Shown: positions 10,877 to 21,300 of the stretch, in pieces
Layout of the letters: each line of letters starts with the position of its first letter
Position numbering within the stretch: the stretch's first letter is position 1
DNA from: Mesotaenium endlicherianum
Taxonomy: Eukaryota
Length of the DNA: 35,259 nt
Direction: 5' to 3'
Assembly: GCA_009602735.1 (NCBI GenBank)
Contig: WELA01000694.1
Span: 253,501 to 288,759 of the forward strand
Notes under the pieces: model-generated
What the model saw: only the letters and a program-made list of their open reading frames with translations
Told to the model about the DNA's origin: nothing
Databases searched by the model: none
Position numbers and translations under genes: made by a program

Positions 10877-12682
10877 GAGAGACTTGAGACCCAGGACGAT
10901 CCCCGGCAAGGGGTGGCAGGAGATTTTTTGCTGAGAGCTTGCAGATTTCCACTGTGATGTGCCTTCGCAAGGAGCACTGATGCAACGCTCCTCTATGCTC
11001 CAATTGCCCGGAGATCATCGGGATTGATTGAGACGGCAGGCAGCATCGGGATGGAGAATGAGATCCGAGGCAGCATCCGCGGAAGATTCAAGACAGTGGC
11101 AGGTCCCGAGAGGTGCACATTGACAGCATTCAAAAGCATAATATATTGTTACTCTCGTGCTCCCCCCACCAAGCTGGACATATCTCCAATGCCCTGGATG
11201 CCACTCAGCACAATTCCACTCTTGTGCTTCCCCCGCAGAGCTGAGCTGGAGACATCTCCAAAGCCCTCCCTGACTGCTACTCAGCAAAGTGCTAACGGCT
11301 GAGAGACTCCCGCTGGATGCAGCACACTTGATGCAACAAAAAAAGAAAAAATCGGGAAAAGGATTGGGAGACATTGGGCAGAGCCACGAGCAGTCATTCT
11401 GCAACAGTCTGACTTCTGTCTGCAGGGCAAAAGACCAGAACCTCGTCCAGCATTGACGCTGACCAAGAAATGCTAACCGGCGCCCCCTGATGTGCTTCAC
11501 GGGCCAATATTGCCTGGTAGCGAGAGATTCTCTCCCTGGGCACAGCATCAGCCCCATGGCCATCCCTGGCACCTCTGGCGGCCAGAATGATTGGAGGCAG
11601 CAGCGCGCTGCAGATTACAACCAGATTTTAAATCTACCCACCTCCATGCCGACACCTGGGAAGGCCGTGCCTCGAAGAGCCCGGCCCGGCCGCCCCTTCA
11701 GCAGCAGGCAGGCAGCACTCAGAGAGAAAAGGTGGACTTCGTGGGCAACACATCGAGGGGGCAGGGGGCGCACGGAAAGAGATGAGTCTTGATGTGGATT
11801 GTACCTGGGGCCGTGAGGCTGCATGGGGCTGGGCCCTTTCCCGATGCTCCGTGCACGGCCCTCATGATGCTGGCCTTGTCCCCCCCGGTTTTCTCGGAAC
11901 AAAGAAAGGCCCTCGGATGTGAAGGCAGGTGTGGTGGGTCCCAGGCCTGTCCCGCGCCTGGGGTGCTTCGGATCCAGAGAATTCAGCCCCATCCTCCTCT
12001 CTGGCTCGTCCTCTTCCTCCTCCACTAAGCCGTTCATCTGAGGCTCCAGGGCCCTCCGCCTGAATGCAGAAACCCCCGCACTGGGGCCGCCAAGATTGCC
12101 ACTTGGCATCGTCTGCGGCTCATTGAGGCCTAGGTGGGACACACCGTACGTGCCATCCGATGTCTGTGGCTGCTGGGGCGGAGGCCTGGGCCTCCTTGCC
12201 AAGAAAGAGGCATCAGATGGATAGTGGTTGTCCGGCATGGCCTGAGGGGCGTTGGGAATGCCCAGAGAAGAGTACTGCTGCCTCAGGTAGCCTCCTGCAG
12301 GGGCATTCTCGAGGGGGCACACGTGGCCTCTCTTGGGCTGGCCACACCTGCGACATTTGTAGGAGCCACGTGCCTTCCTCGAGCGAGGCTCAGCCCCCTG
12401 CTGGTGCATCCAAGTCTCACCCTGTTGCTCATACCCCAGCATTGCACTCCCGTGAGAGTCAAAGTCCTGCCCGCTCTCTCCAGACTGAGAGGAGGACAGG
12501 GGCATCCCGTAGCTCTCAGAGGCCTCATAGGAGTCATCAAATGACAAGTTCTGAGCAAGTGGCTCCAGCTCTATGCTTGGCGTCTTGCCGTTGTGTGCAG
12601 GAGGGTCGTCAGGTGTGTAGTACCGCGGGCTCGAGCTGGATGGATGACCGAAGCTTTGACGTCTTGGGCCCATCGTGCTCAT
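242..12682 (-). CDS. FBL17: FBL17-like F-box/LRR-repeat protein (SCF substrate receptor), whole multi-exon gene; 3' end beyond left window edge
   Basis: Exons joined at GT-AG give, in order, RKARGSYKCRRCGQPKRGHVCP, F-box (PQDVCMLIILSK|LPPGDLMSASVCCKRWRRLSAEIW), LAKCPRLLHLTL, SCPNLLELSLD, LERLHVAS, LRALSL, LELLDLSG, LTRLLVAACPLIT..LPHLQLLDCG, ISHPKLRKVSLWGCSAL. These match in order my recollection of Arabidopsis FBL17 (RKNRGSYNCGRCGQPKKGHVC, LPPSSLLMAARVCKGWR, LQKCPRLIRLSL, NCPNLTEISLE, LELLDLSG, LSKLLVALCPNIT, IKHKRLKKLSLWGCSSL). All intron phases are compatible. Confidence 0.9.
2155..2251 (-). CDS. FBL17: FBL17-like exon 13 (LRR)
   Basis: ctgcag|(E)GVAVICQGGLDLELLDLSGCSRLTDTCLQHI(S)|gtgtgc. 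Confidence 0.9.
3016..3097 (-). CDS. FBL17: FBL17-like exon 12 (LRR)
   Basis: gtgcag|SVQALMDGQLQQSLRALSLTFSPLLCD(E)|gtgagt; an in-frame alternative acceptor lies 9 nt downstream. Confidence 0.85.
3398..3460 (-). CDS. FBL17: FBL17-like exon 11 (LRR)
   Basis: ctgcag|VSTSCHSLERLHVASPCVGLR|gtgagc; 63 nt, phase 0-0. Confidence 0.85.
3754..4357 (-). CDS. FBL17: FBL17-like exon 10 (LRR plus Pro/Thr-rich and acidic insertion)
   Basis: gagcag|LTTLALSACGGVNQSFLSCPNLLELSLDM...PVTEILYQ|gtggga. Confidence 0.85.
4965..5099. repeat. Degenerate (GCGA)n intronic simple repeat
   Basis: Repeated gcgagcgagc units just inside the intron after exon 9. Confidence 0.7.
5109..5207 (-). CDS. FBL17: FBL17-like exon 9 (LRR)
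   Basis: cggcag|DGLAQLARSCQRLKSLYINGCNEMTSLAVKSS(S)|gtgcgc. Confidence 0.88.
5763..5864 (-). CDS. FBL17: FBL17-like exon 8 (LRR)
   Basis: gtgcag|PLTDEALRLVYTGRPQLRTLVILSAPGTFCQVS(R)|gtatgc. Confidence 0.85.
6132..7615. repeat. Dispersed telomere-like AAACCCT/AGGGTTT motifs in FBL17-like introns
   Basis: AAACCCT at 6132, 6464, 6606, 7607; (A)GGGTTT(AGG)-type motifs at 6673, 6861, 6892, 7023, 7072. Confidence 0.65.
7165..7281 (-). CDS. FBL17: FBL17-like exon 7
   Basis: tgacag|(W)CHVEEAALVVREERTWAGYMPLVLAKCPRLLHLTLHCH(V)|gtgagt; frame not shown in the ORF track. Confidence 0.88.
8172..8242 (-). CDS. FBL17: FBL17-like exon 6 (F-box core)
   Basis: gtgcag|LPPGDLMSASVCCKRWRRLSAEI(W)|gtacac. Confidence 0.9.
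9301..9451 (-). CDS. FBL17: FBL17-like exon 5 (start of F-box)
   Basis: ctgcag|G..TPKRTPQDVCMLIILSK|gtgagg; joins in frame to LPPGDL. Confidence 0.8.
10048..10112 (-). CDS. FBL17: FBL17-like tentative exon 4
   Basis: atgcag|ATATCT..GAAGG|gtgggt; 65 nt, links phase 0 to the phase 2 needed by the next exon. Confidence 0.45.
10459..10638 (-). CDS. FBL17: FBL17-like tentative exon 3
   Basis: Acceptor ccgcag| just downstream of a (TC)n tract, donor CAG|GTACCC, 180 nt, open in phase 0; no homology support. Confidence 0.45.
10660..10872. repeat. (GA)n microsatellite containing an assembly gap (N 10736-10813)
   Basis: Directly visible; true length unknown. Confidence 0.98.
11442..11607 (-). CDS. 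FBL17: FBL17-like tentative exon 2
   Basis: ctgcag| acceptor, open frame (S)ALLPPIILAARG..SMLDE, donor GTTCTG; phase fits neighbours but there is no homology support. Confidence 0.4.
11805..12682 (-). CDS. FBL17: FBL17-like exon 1 (N-terminus with CxxC...H.C motif)
   Basis: ORF 11615..12682 with an in-frame stop upstream of the ATG; contains RGSYKCRRCGQPKRGHVCP; candidate donor AG|GTACAA after 11805 (phase 2). Confidence 0.8.
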
Positions 12683-13956
12683 GTAGATTGAAATGAATGC
12701 TGCTGCCCTCTGGGCAAGCTGCTACCTACTCCTCCAGCTGGCTGCAAGAATCGCGTCAGCAATTATGATTGTCAGCCATTGTCTCACAGAACGAGTAAAC
12801 CTTTGAAACTTTCTTGAAAATTAGCTCTGCTCATTGTTTCCGCCATTTCCAAATGACCTCAAGAAAGTGAAGGACCAGAATGCTGGCAACCTGCTTGAAG
12901 GATGTGAGGAACAAGATCTGGAAATCGTGAAGACAATCATACCAGCCACCAAGTCTGGCAATTGAAGGTAAAACAATTCATGAGAATTTACCAAAATCTA
13001 TGAAGAGCTGGTGAGGTCTGACAGGCGTTCTGAACCGTGCAAGGGAAAAGATTTGCACTTTTCCACAGCTTCGCTGCCATGAACAGCTCAGAAGCTGCAG
13101 GATGCAGATTAGCTCTCTGTCACGACCTGTGTCAGCTGCAAAACTCCTACCTTTGGACCAGAATTGCTATCTCACGCAGCAAGGACTTGCCCGCAAGGAT
13201 TTGCCCGTACCATGTGTCGTTCAACTAGCAACCGCCGCTAGTGTCCGGAAACGGCAGCGTGCAGTAGCTGAAGCTGACTCCATGGAATTCCTCAGAGTGC
13301 CCGGACTCCGAGCTCATCAGACAGTATTAGAGCAGCATAGAATGCCCATGCAGGGCAGCATGACTACGAAGGGAAGGGGCAGTATGACCACGGGCGGCAA
13401 ATTAGCGGGAGCGCAACTTTTGCAATGGCCCCCTCTGACAGCACTTCAATGCACTTTGAACTACATTTCAATGTCGGCAAGGGGAACGAGTTCCCGCGCT
13501 TCTTTTTCAATAATTTCAGTCCATGTTCTCAGATGATCTAGGCCGCTGCTGCCTATGGATGAGGGACATAGAGCACATCGAAGGCTGTTTTCAGCTGGCA
13601 CATATAACTGCCGGCAGCTGCATATCGTGTTTAGCAGGTCAGCAACCCTCAGTAACGCAACCATTATTTACCCCAACTCGTGCCTAGTCAAATGCTAATG
13701 TGAGCATCTGCCACTTGTTTTTCTTTAACGTCCTGGATTTCTACGCGGCAATCAGAATGATGTCTACCGACTAAACCGACTACTGTATTCTTTCACCATT
13801 GTCCAAGGTTGCCGACGTGGACTGTCCGTTGCGCCAAAGCTCGGTAAATACTGGTTGGTAGGTACAATAGTATACAATATGCACCAACAAACTTCATGTT
13901 TGTAATGGTTTAGAATGCATCGTACCACTTTCTTTTACAAAATTGAGTGGGCCGGA

Positions 13957-13999
13957 GCGGGAATTCTTTACAAAAGAACGATCAAAGAAGGGCGGGAAT
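13957..13999 (-). promoter_or_regulatory. Pair of E2F-type sites (ATTCCCGC on minus strand) upstream of the FBL17-like gene
   Basis: GCGGGAAT at 13957-13964 and 13992-13999, both fitting the plant E2F consensus WTTSSCSS; ~1.3 kb upstream of the ATG. Confidence 0.55.
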
Positions 14000-14445
14000 G
14001 CAAGTTTGATGCAAATTTGATGCAAATTTTTGGAAGAGTTTGCGCGTCCTAAGCATCGCGCGCTGAGTGGAGAGCGGAAGGATCGCTTGCGCACCTTACT
14101 ATGGCGGTCGAATGGGGTTGGAGCTTGGTCCTGGCCAGTTCATGTACAAAAGTGATGCTTGTGCCACGCCCGTCCTGAGCAGCAGCTGTGAGCACTGAGA
14201 TCGATTTAAATGACAGATATCATCGCGTAATGACCATCCCAAGGCTCACGAGATTCTTCTTATCGATACGGAACCCGTCTCTTTTTGGGCCCGGCCTCCG
14301 GACTATTTGTTAAATGGGTGCCTACACACATCGGACCTACACTCCATATTTTTCCGGGCTCTCAAACGCCGCGCATTCGTTTGAAAATGGGTCATTGAGA
14401 AGCTGATTTTTTTAGTACCCTTTGAACACTTTTATTTCTCAAATT

Positions 14446-14498
14446 CAGAATTTTGAGAGGCTTTCTCAAGCACAGAATTCTTGAGAGGCTTTCTCAAG
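14446..14498. repeat. Tandem duplication of a ~26 bp unit with an internal inverted repeat
   Basis: cagaatt-ttgagaggctttctcaag and cagaattcttgagaggctttctcaag; each contains TTGAGA-N5-TCTCAA. Confidence 0.85.
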
Positions 14499-14592
14499 TC
14501 TGATGAGTACATTTCGCCCCAACATGAAGAGGACGCGATTAACCAACCCTATTCAAATTTCAGATGTTGGTTGAAAGGCGTTATAGTTAACC

Positions 14593-14666
14593 AAAACGTA
14601 GGTCGAGTCGCATCATGTGCAAAAATTGTCGGTCGAGTCACATCGTGTAATAAAATTGACGGTCGC
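14593..14666. repeat. Diverged 30-bp tandem repeat, ~2.5 copies
   Basis: ggtcg anchors at 14601, 14631 and 14661 (exact period 30). Confidence 0.75.
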
Positions 14667-16613
14667 ATTGTTGGTGGCATGAAGATATGTTATTGGCCGC
14701 AAGATTTGACATAATTGTTTACATTAACCTGAACCTCAAATTTATCATATAAGCAACAATAAAACTACTTAATTTAACTAAGTATATATCTACATAACAT
14801 ATATAAAGTATCTAAATATATATGTATGATATCCAAACACGTCTGTATATATCTACCTAAACATATCAAAATTAATTTACCTACCTAGTATGTAACTGGG
14901 ATCTAATGTCCACAATTAATCTAATTTCTAAAACCCAAGTTTGGAAGAACCTAGGTCATCAGGGCCTGGGTCACCCATTACCATTCACGATCAAACTCGT
15001 TACAAGTTTGAAGGCGTGAAAATGCGAGTAATTGCAAAGATAGATTGCAGGATAGGCTGTTGGTAGTCATAGACGGTGTGCGATATTGGTGGTGATCTCT
15101 ATATGGGACATTAGCTCAAGATTTAGAGGGTCGCATGTGGACAATCCAGAATGTATGATTGTCGAGTAAATGAAGTGTTTGTTGCTTAAAAATGAATTCA
15201 CTACGAGCTTTGAGACTCAGTGGAATAAGGTACAAGGCGGGAACTATTTGACACTCCGAAAGTTTTTTTTGACTAACTTCTTCATTTCAAGTTCGCGTCA
15301 AGGTCATCAATTTGATAATTTTTTAAGGTGGAAATATTTGAGCGACTGGATGACAATCTTGAAATATAATTATTCTGATTTTATCTCAAAAGCTGGTCAG
15401 ACATATAAGCGCGTGATCGCTTGAACCGCCCTAATCTCAAGCTCGGAGAAGCCCTCAAACGAACCAGATGAAACGTCAGAATCGCTTGATCGCAGATTGA
15501 AGCGTCTCGAGCATAATAATATTGATTTGCCTCCGTGATCAGTTCATTATTTATTCAATTAATTGCACATACACATGTATCATTAAATAAGTAATATGTC
15601 GATATACTCACATGTGCGAGTTCATCACAATAAATATGTATCGATATAAGGCGAGTTCACTTACTTTATCAAAAAGGTCAGCAGGATGACTTTTATATCG
15701 TAGCGTAGTTTGCTGCCTTTATCGGAAAGGTCAGCAGGATAACAATTTGTATTAGAGTATAGTTTGCTGAGATTACGCTGTATGTATATAGGACATAACA
15801 TCAGTAAGTTGATGTATAATAAGCTTGTATAATAATAGTTAGTATACTTGGACTCGGTACGCTGAGGATAGATATATTCATTTGAATAATTATTTGTAGA
15901 TTGGCACATGTGACCGTAGTATACTGAAAGTCAGGAGGTCGACTAAGATTTGGTAAATCGATGTCCTACCATTATGGTTAACTCTTGGGTAGGCGGAGCC
16001 GTCGTCAGTCAACTGAACAGTTAGGACTTCAGTCAACCAACCAATTAATATGGTCGTTATACCTAGATCCTAGATCCGTGGGTCCCAACCTAATGGATTT
16101 TCCACAAAACGGCGCACCTTGCGCCATGGTCAACCAGGTGGTCACTAGGTACATAGAAGGCTGGGATTTTGTGGTCCCTCATTCTGGACAGTAGGTTTTA
16201 CAGTCGGATTTCTACTTGCAAGTTATGTGTGCACTTTTGGGTTCGTTATTATGACCAGCTTCCACGGAAATTGCCATGGCGTCTTCATCTGTGCTCCAAA
16301 CCGAGCGAACTAGGATTTTTCGGAAAGGTATTGTCAAGATGCGTCCGTTGCTGTTAAGTGTGCTTTATTTGGATAAGTATTGACAGAGTCATGCCTTCTG
16401 ACATTTTGGGGTCACATAACGGACAGATTCCATGGTTTTGCACCTAAGTCAGTGAGATGTGCTTTAGCTACATTATGGTCATCTGAATGAGATCGCCTTG
16501 GCTACTCAGTCCTCTGGTGTTGTGTATGTGCTTATATATGCTTGTATGTCTAGTAGGCAAGAGGCCATGATTTTCTAAAGGAGAAGCTCTAGTCCTCAAG
16601 TTTGCCGCTTGCT

Positions 16614-17119
16614 TGTAGTGATATAAGTTAGAATATATTATTTGGACTTTATATTTTGATGCTTTTGAATATTTTGGAATAGTTTTGTGTGGATGCAAGT
16701 GTGAAAAGATAATTTAGTGACTTGGTTTATGTTTCTTGAACTTTCTAGGGCAATTTCGTATTTAGAAGGATGGACTAAAAGAACCCCATGTGGCAAAAGT
16801 CAAATGTGCCATTTTTAGGTCAAAAGAACAAATGTACATTATTCTAGAAAAGAGGTGGCAAGTTTTGGGATGTGTTGGGAGCCAACACATCAACGTGCAC
16901 CTTTCTAGAAATTACTTGTGTAGCAAGTATATAATCAAGAGCTAGCACGTAGAAAGGGCATTGGAGAATCGCACTTGTACTTGCCAAGTTTGGAACACAT
17001 ATTAACTTTCTAGAAACCATCTCTCTTTCAAGAAGCTACCACTTGTGTTCAAAGATCATAATCTTGAATAGATAAAGTATTCTACTTTACTAAGTACTTT
17101 ATCCATCTGTTTCACTATA
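16614..17119 (+). repeat. Element A 5' LTR
   Basis: TGTAGTG...CACTATA (terminal CA mutated to TA); roughly 90% identical to 23956-24458 by eye over the first ~150 bp. Confidence 0.95.
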
Positions 17120-17120
17120 G

Positions 17121-17132
17121 TGGTATCGGAGC
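17121..17132 (+). other. Element A primer-binding site (initiator tRNA-Met)
   Basis: TGGTATCGGAGC versus canonical TGGTATCAGAGC, 1 nt after the LTR. Confidence 0.92.
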
Positions 17133-17156
17133 CAGGCACTTTGGTAGCACAAGAAG

Positions 17157-18362
17157 ATGGCCGATCCTCAAGATCAACAACAAGCTTTTGAAGGAGGCAA
17201 TACACCTCCAAGAGACCCTCCTCCAGCGCCGACGGGAGAGCCCAAAGAAGAAAATTTGCCACCACAAGGAGCACCACAAGGAGGAGCACCATCACATCCC
17301 GTGGCAGCCGCTGTGGCAAGGTTGACCTCACCGCAAGGAGTTCCCCCAAATGAGTGGGCAACCTTCCTAATGGCTATCCACAACCAAGTGGGCTTGGCCA
17401 CCTATGAAGCAACCGTACAAGCGTCAAGAGAAGCTATGGCTGTCATAAACTGCCTCTATTGCAAGCAATGTTGCAAATCCAGCCCCGACTCTCGCGCCTT
17501 CACAAGAGCCTAAAAGAGCAAGGAAACTCATCAAGCGCGGCAAACCCGACACTTTCAATCCCGGGAGAGGAGCCAAACTGAATTTGTGGCTCTACCAAGT
17601 GGAGACGTACCTCACTTTCCATGAAGTACCCGAGGAGGACTACGTTTCTTTTGCCGTTACCTTGCTCAGAGGAGCAGCAACATCATGGTGGCGTAACTAT
17701 CAAGCGGCTGTATATCAAGCTGTGGCGCATCCCGTACCCGGCCAAGAGCCCCCATCATCATATGCAAGATGGGTGGATTTTTGTGAAGCCCTCTAGAAGC
17801 AATTCATGCCCATCAATGCGAAGAAGATTGCTCAAGAAAAGCCTCGCCATCTCAAGCAAACAACGTTCGTTCAAGAATATACATCCAGATTTCATAACCT
17901 CACTCTTGAGATCCCCAACATGTCGCTCGAGGAGAAGATTGATCGTTATGTCTCTGGGCTCAAGCCCACGGTGGCTAAGGAAGTGGAACTACGCGACGTG
18001 AAGATTTCTCAAAGATCGTTGAAGTGGCCCAAAAGGTGCATACCTTGGATTTCAAGCATTCGATGCCTTCATCTTCACGGGCACCTACTGCGCGGGTGTA
18101 AGCAAACCCCTCCACATTCGAATCTGGACCCACACCCATGAAAATTGGAGTCATAAGAAGAGACCCCGCAGCTGCCCGAAAGAGTGGAAGACCCTCTAAT
18201 GACACTTATGATGCAAGAAACCAGCAAGGAGTAAAAGTAAGACTCTCCTCGGCTGAAAAAGAAGCTCTCATGAAGGCTGCAGTATGCTTTTATTGCAAGG
18301 AGAAAGGTCACCGTGCACTCTCATGCCCCAAGAAGATGTCAAAAAACGGAGAGCGCCGGTAG
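17157..18362 (+). pseudogene. gag: Element A gag, disrupted
   Basis: KPDTF..WLYQVETYL..LLRGAATSWW, LKQTTFVQEY, PMKIG, zinc knuckle CFYCKEKGHRALSC; spread over several frames with stops. Confidence 0.9.
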
Positions 18363-21300
18363 GCCAGGAGCCTACCACCCCGAGACCCACTTCACGAGAA
18401 GACAACAAGCCAAGTGAGGTGGAGACCCCCGTTGAAGACGACGTTCCAGTCCCAATGAGTTTGGGAGGCTACCTTGGAGGAGAGAAGGTCCACATCTTGG
18501 TGGACAGCGGAGCCCAAGGCAATTTATCGCTGCAGATTTTGCCACTAAGCATGGTATTACTATGCGCACTCTTGACCACAACGAGGAGATTATGATGCCC
18601 AATGGATACTCCTATATTACCCCTTCCAAGAAGACGTACCCCTTGCAACTCTCTATCATGTTCTTCAAAGATAGAGTAGTGTTCTCCCCCATGCAATTGG
18701 GCAAGTACGATGTCATCCTAGGGATGCCTTGGTTGACCAAGCACAACCTCCAAGTGGATTGGAGAGACGGTATCATCAAGATCAAGAACGACATCACTTC
18801 AAGAATCTGTATTTTGCGCGCAATCCAGAATATCCAGATGCAAGACATCACGAAGCCGACACACGAGATACTATTGTCCGCCCTCCAACTCAAGAGAATT
18901 CTGAGGAAGGGACACGAGCTTCTTTTGGCCTTAATCACGCCAAAAGACATCAAGAAGGATACTCCAAGTCAAGAAGACAGTCCCATACCCAAGAAGATAC
19001 AAGAAGTCTTGCAAGACTACAAAGAAGTGTTTTCCCCGGAATTGCCCAAGGGCCTACCCTTCAAGAGATTCGTAGACCACAAGATAGAGTTGGAGCCCGG
19101 AAGCAAGCCCATCTCTCGGCGTACGTTCAAGATGTCATACACGAAGTTGGAAAAGTCAAGAAGCAAATCAAAGAGCTACTGGAGCACGGCTTCATTTGAT
19201 CTAGCAAGTCGCCATTTGGAGCTCCGGTGCTATTTGTCAAGAAGAAGGACGGTACTTTGAGGATGTATGTGGACTATCGCGCCCTCAACAAGATCACCAT
19301 CAAGAATCGATACCCGCTGCCGCGTATGGATGAGCTCACGGACCGGCTGGTTGGAGCCAAGTACTTCACAAAGATTAACTTACGGAAGGGCTACCACCAA
19401 ATTCGCATCGCAGAACCGGACATAGAAAAGACGGCGTTTAGGACAAGATATGGACATTTTGATTTCATGGTCCTGCCATTCGAACTCACCAACGCGCCAG
19501 CCACTTTCATGACTATGATGAACACCATATTTCAGCCCCTGTTGGACAGATTTGTGGTGGTATTCATTGACGACATTCTCATCTACAGCAAGGCCCTTGA
19601 AGAGCATGGAAGACACGTGAAAGAAGTCCTCAAAATCCTGAAGCAAATCCTGAAACAAGCTATTTGCAAAGGAGTCAAAGTGCGAGTTTGCCAAACAAGA
19701 AGTGGAGTTCCTAGGTCTCCACGTGACTGCTGATGGCATCAAGATGGACCCCAAGAAGACCACGGTGGTGGTGGAATGGCCAACCCCCACGACCAAGAAA
19801 GAACTCCAATCATTCCTGGGATTTGCCAATTGGTACAAGAGATTCATCCAGAGCTTCTCGCACATAGCAGCTCCCCTCACAGATTTATTTAAGAAGGACA
19901 AGCCATATGTTTGGACCAAGAAAGAGGAGGAAGCATTCCAACAACTGAAGCAAATATTGACGACATCCTCGGTGCTCTCACTCCCAAGTCCAAGCCCAGT
20001 TTGGCCCTTCCACGTCATCACCGATGCATCTTCCTACGCCGTAGGAGCAATCTTGCTTCAAGACCAAGGCAAGGGAATGCAGCCCATCGCCTACGAGTCA
20101 AGGAAGCTAAACCCAGCCGAGCAGAATTATACAACCACGGAGCGAGAGGCATTGGCGATTATTCATGCCTTGAAGGTTTGGCGCTGCTATGTTGAAGGTC
20201 GCAAAGTGCTGGTCACAGCGGACCACGAAGCGTTGAAGCACCACTAGACGCAGCCGTATCTCTCAAGAAGACAAGCAAGATGGAGTGGATACTTGCAATA
20301 ATACAACATCACAATTCAATACCAGCCCGGCAAGACAGATCCGGCGGACCCCCTCTCAAGGCCGCAATTAAATGCGGTGATGACATCCCTGAGTACACAT
20401 CTGGAAGCTCGATTTTCTGCCGCCTATGACACGGACCCTCATAACACAAATGACGAGGCAGCCCTTGACCCACACAAGAAGCAAGAAGGAAATTATTGGG
20501 TGAGACAAGATACGGGACAGAGATGCGTGCCTAATAATCAAGAGCTACGACTCTTGTTACTTTGAGAAGCACACGACAACCCACTTGGAGGACACTTTGG
20601 AATATTAAAGACCACGGACGTGCTCGCAAGGACTCGCTGGCCAGGAATGTCTAAGCAAGTCAAAGAATACTGCAGGAGCTGCGACACATGCCAAAGAATC
20701 GAACCATCATCACAAAGGCGGGAGGACTTCTTCAACCACTACCAATCTCCAAGAGACAATGGACAGACATCTCTATGGACCTCATTGTGGACTTGCCAGT
20801 GCCACCACGCGGCCATAATGTAATATTAACATTAGTGGACAAACTTACAAAGATGGCTCATTCATCCCAACAACGACCAAGGTTACAGCACCCCAGTTAG
20901 CAAGACTCATCTTTGACAACATACTTCGATTACATAGCCTGCGATCAAGAACAGTGTCTGATCGCAACCCGAGATTCAAAAGCCATTTCTGGAAATATCT
21001 CTACAAGAACTTGGGTACATCGTTGGATATGTCCATTGCCTACCACCCGCAATCAAATGGACAAACAGAGCGTATGAATTGTACTCTCAAGACCTTTCTA
21101 TAGGCCTACATGTCTACTCTAGAGCAAGATTGGGACATGTACTTGACCCCCTTGGAGTTTGCCTACAACAACACGACGCAGGCCTCTACCCAAGAATTCC
21201 CTTTTTTCCTCAACTATGGCTTCCACCCAACCACGCCACTGAGCTTCACGACTGGCCACGATGAAGTACCCGCAGCGGCAGGTTTTTTGGATTTTTTAGA

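Noticed and set aside
10247..11018. ORFs with (RE)n or (LS)n tracts
   Set aside because: Translations of the (GA)n microsatellite and the N gap.
14500..14540. CTGATGAG, a hammerhead ribozyme core motif
   Set aside because: No stem II followed by GAAA at a suitable distance.
14446..14666. Short direct repeats that might suggest a CRISPR array
   Set aside because: Only 2-3 adjacent units with no unique spacers, eukaryotic context, no cas genes.
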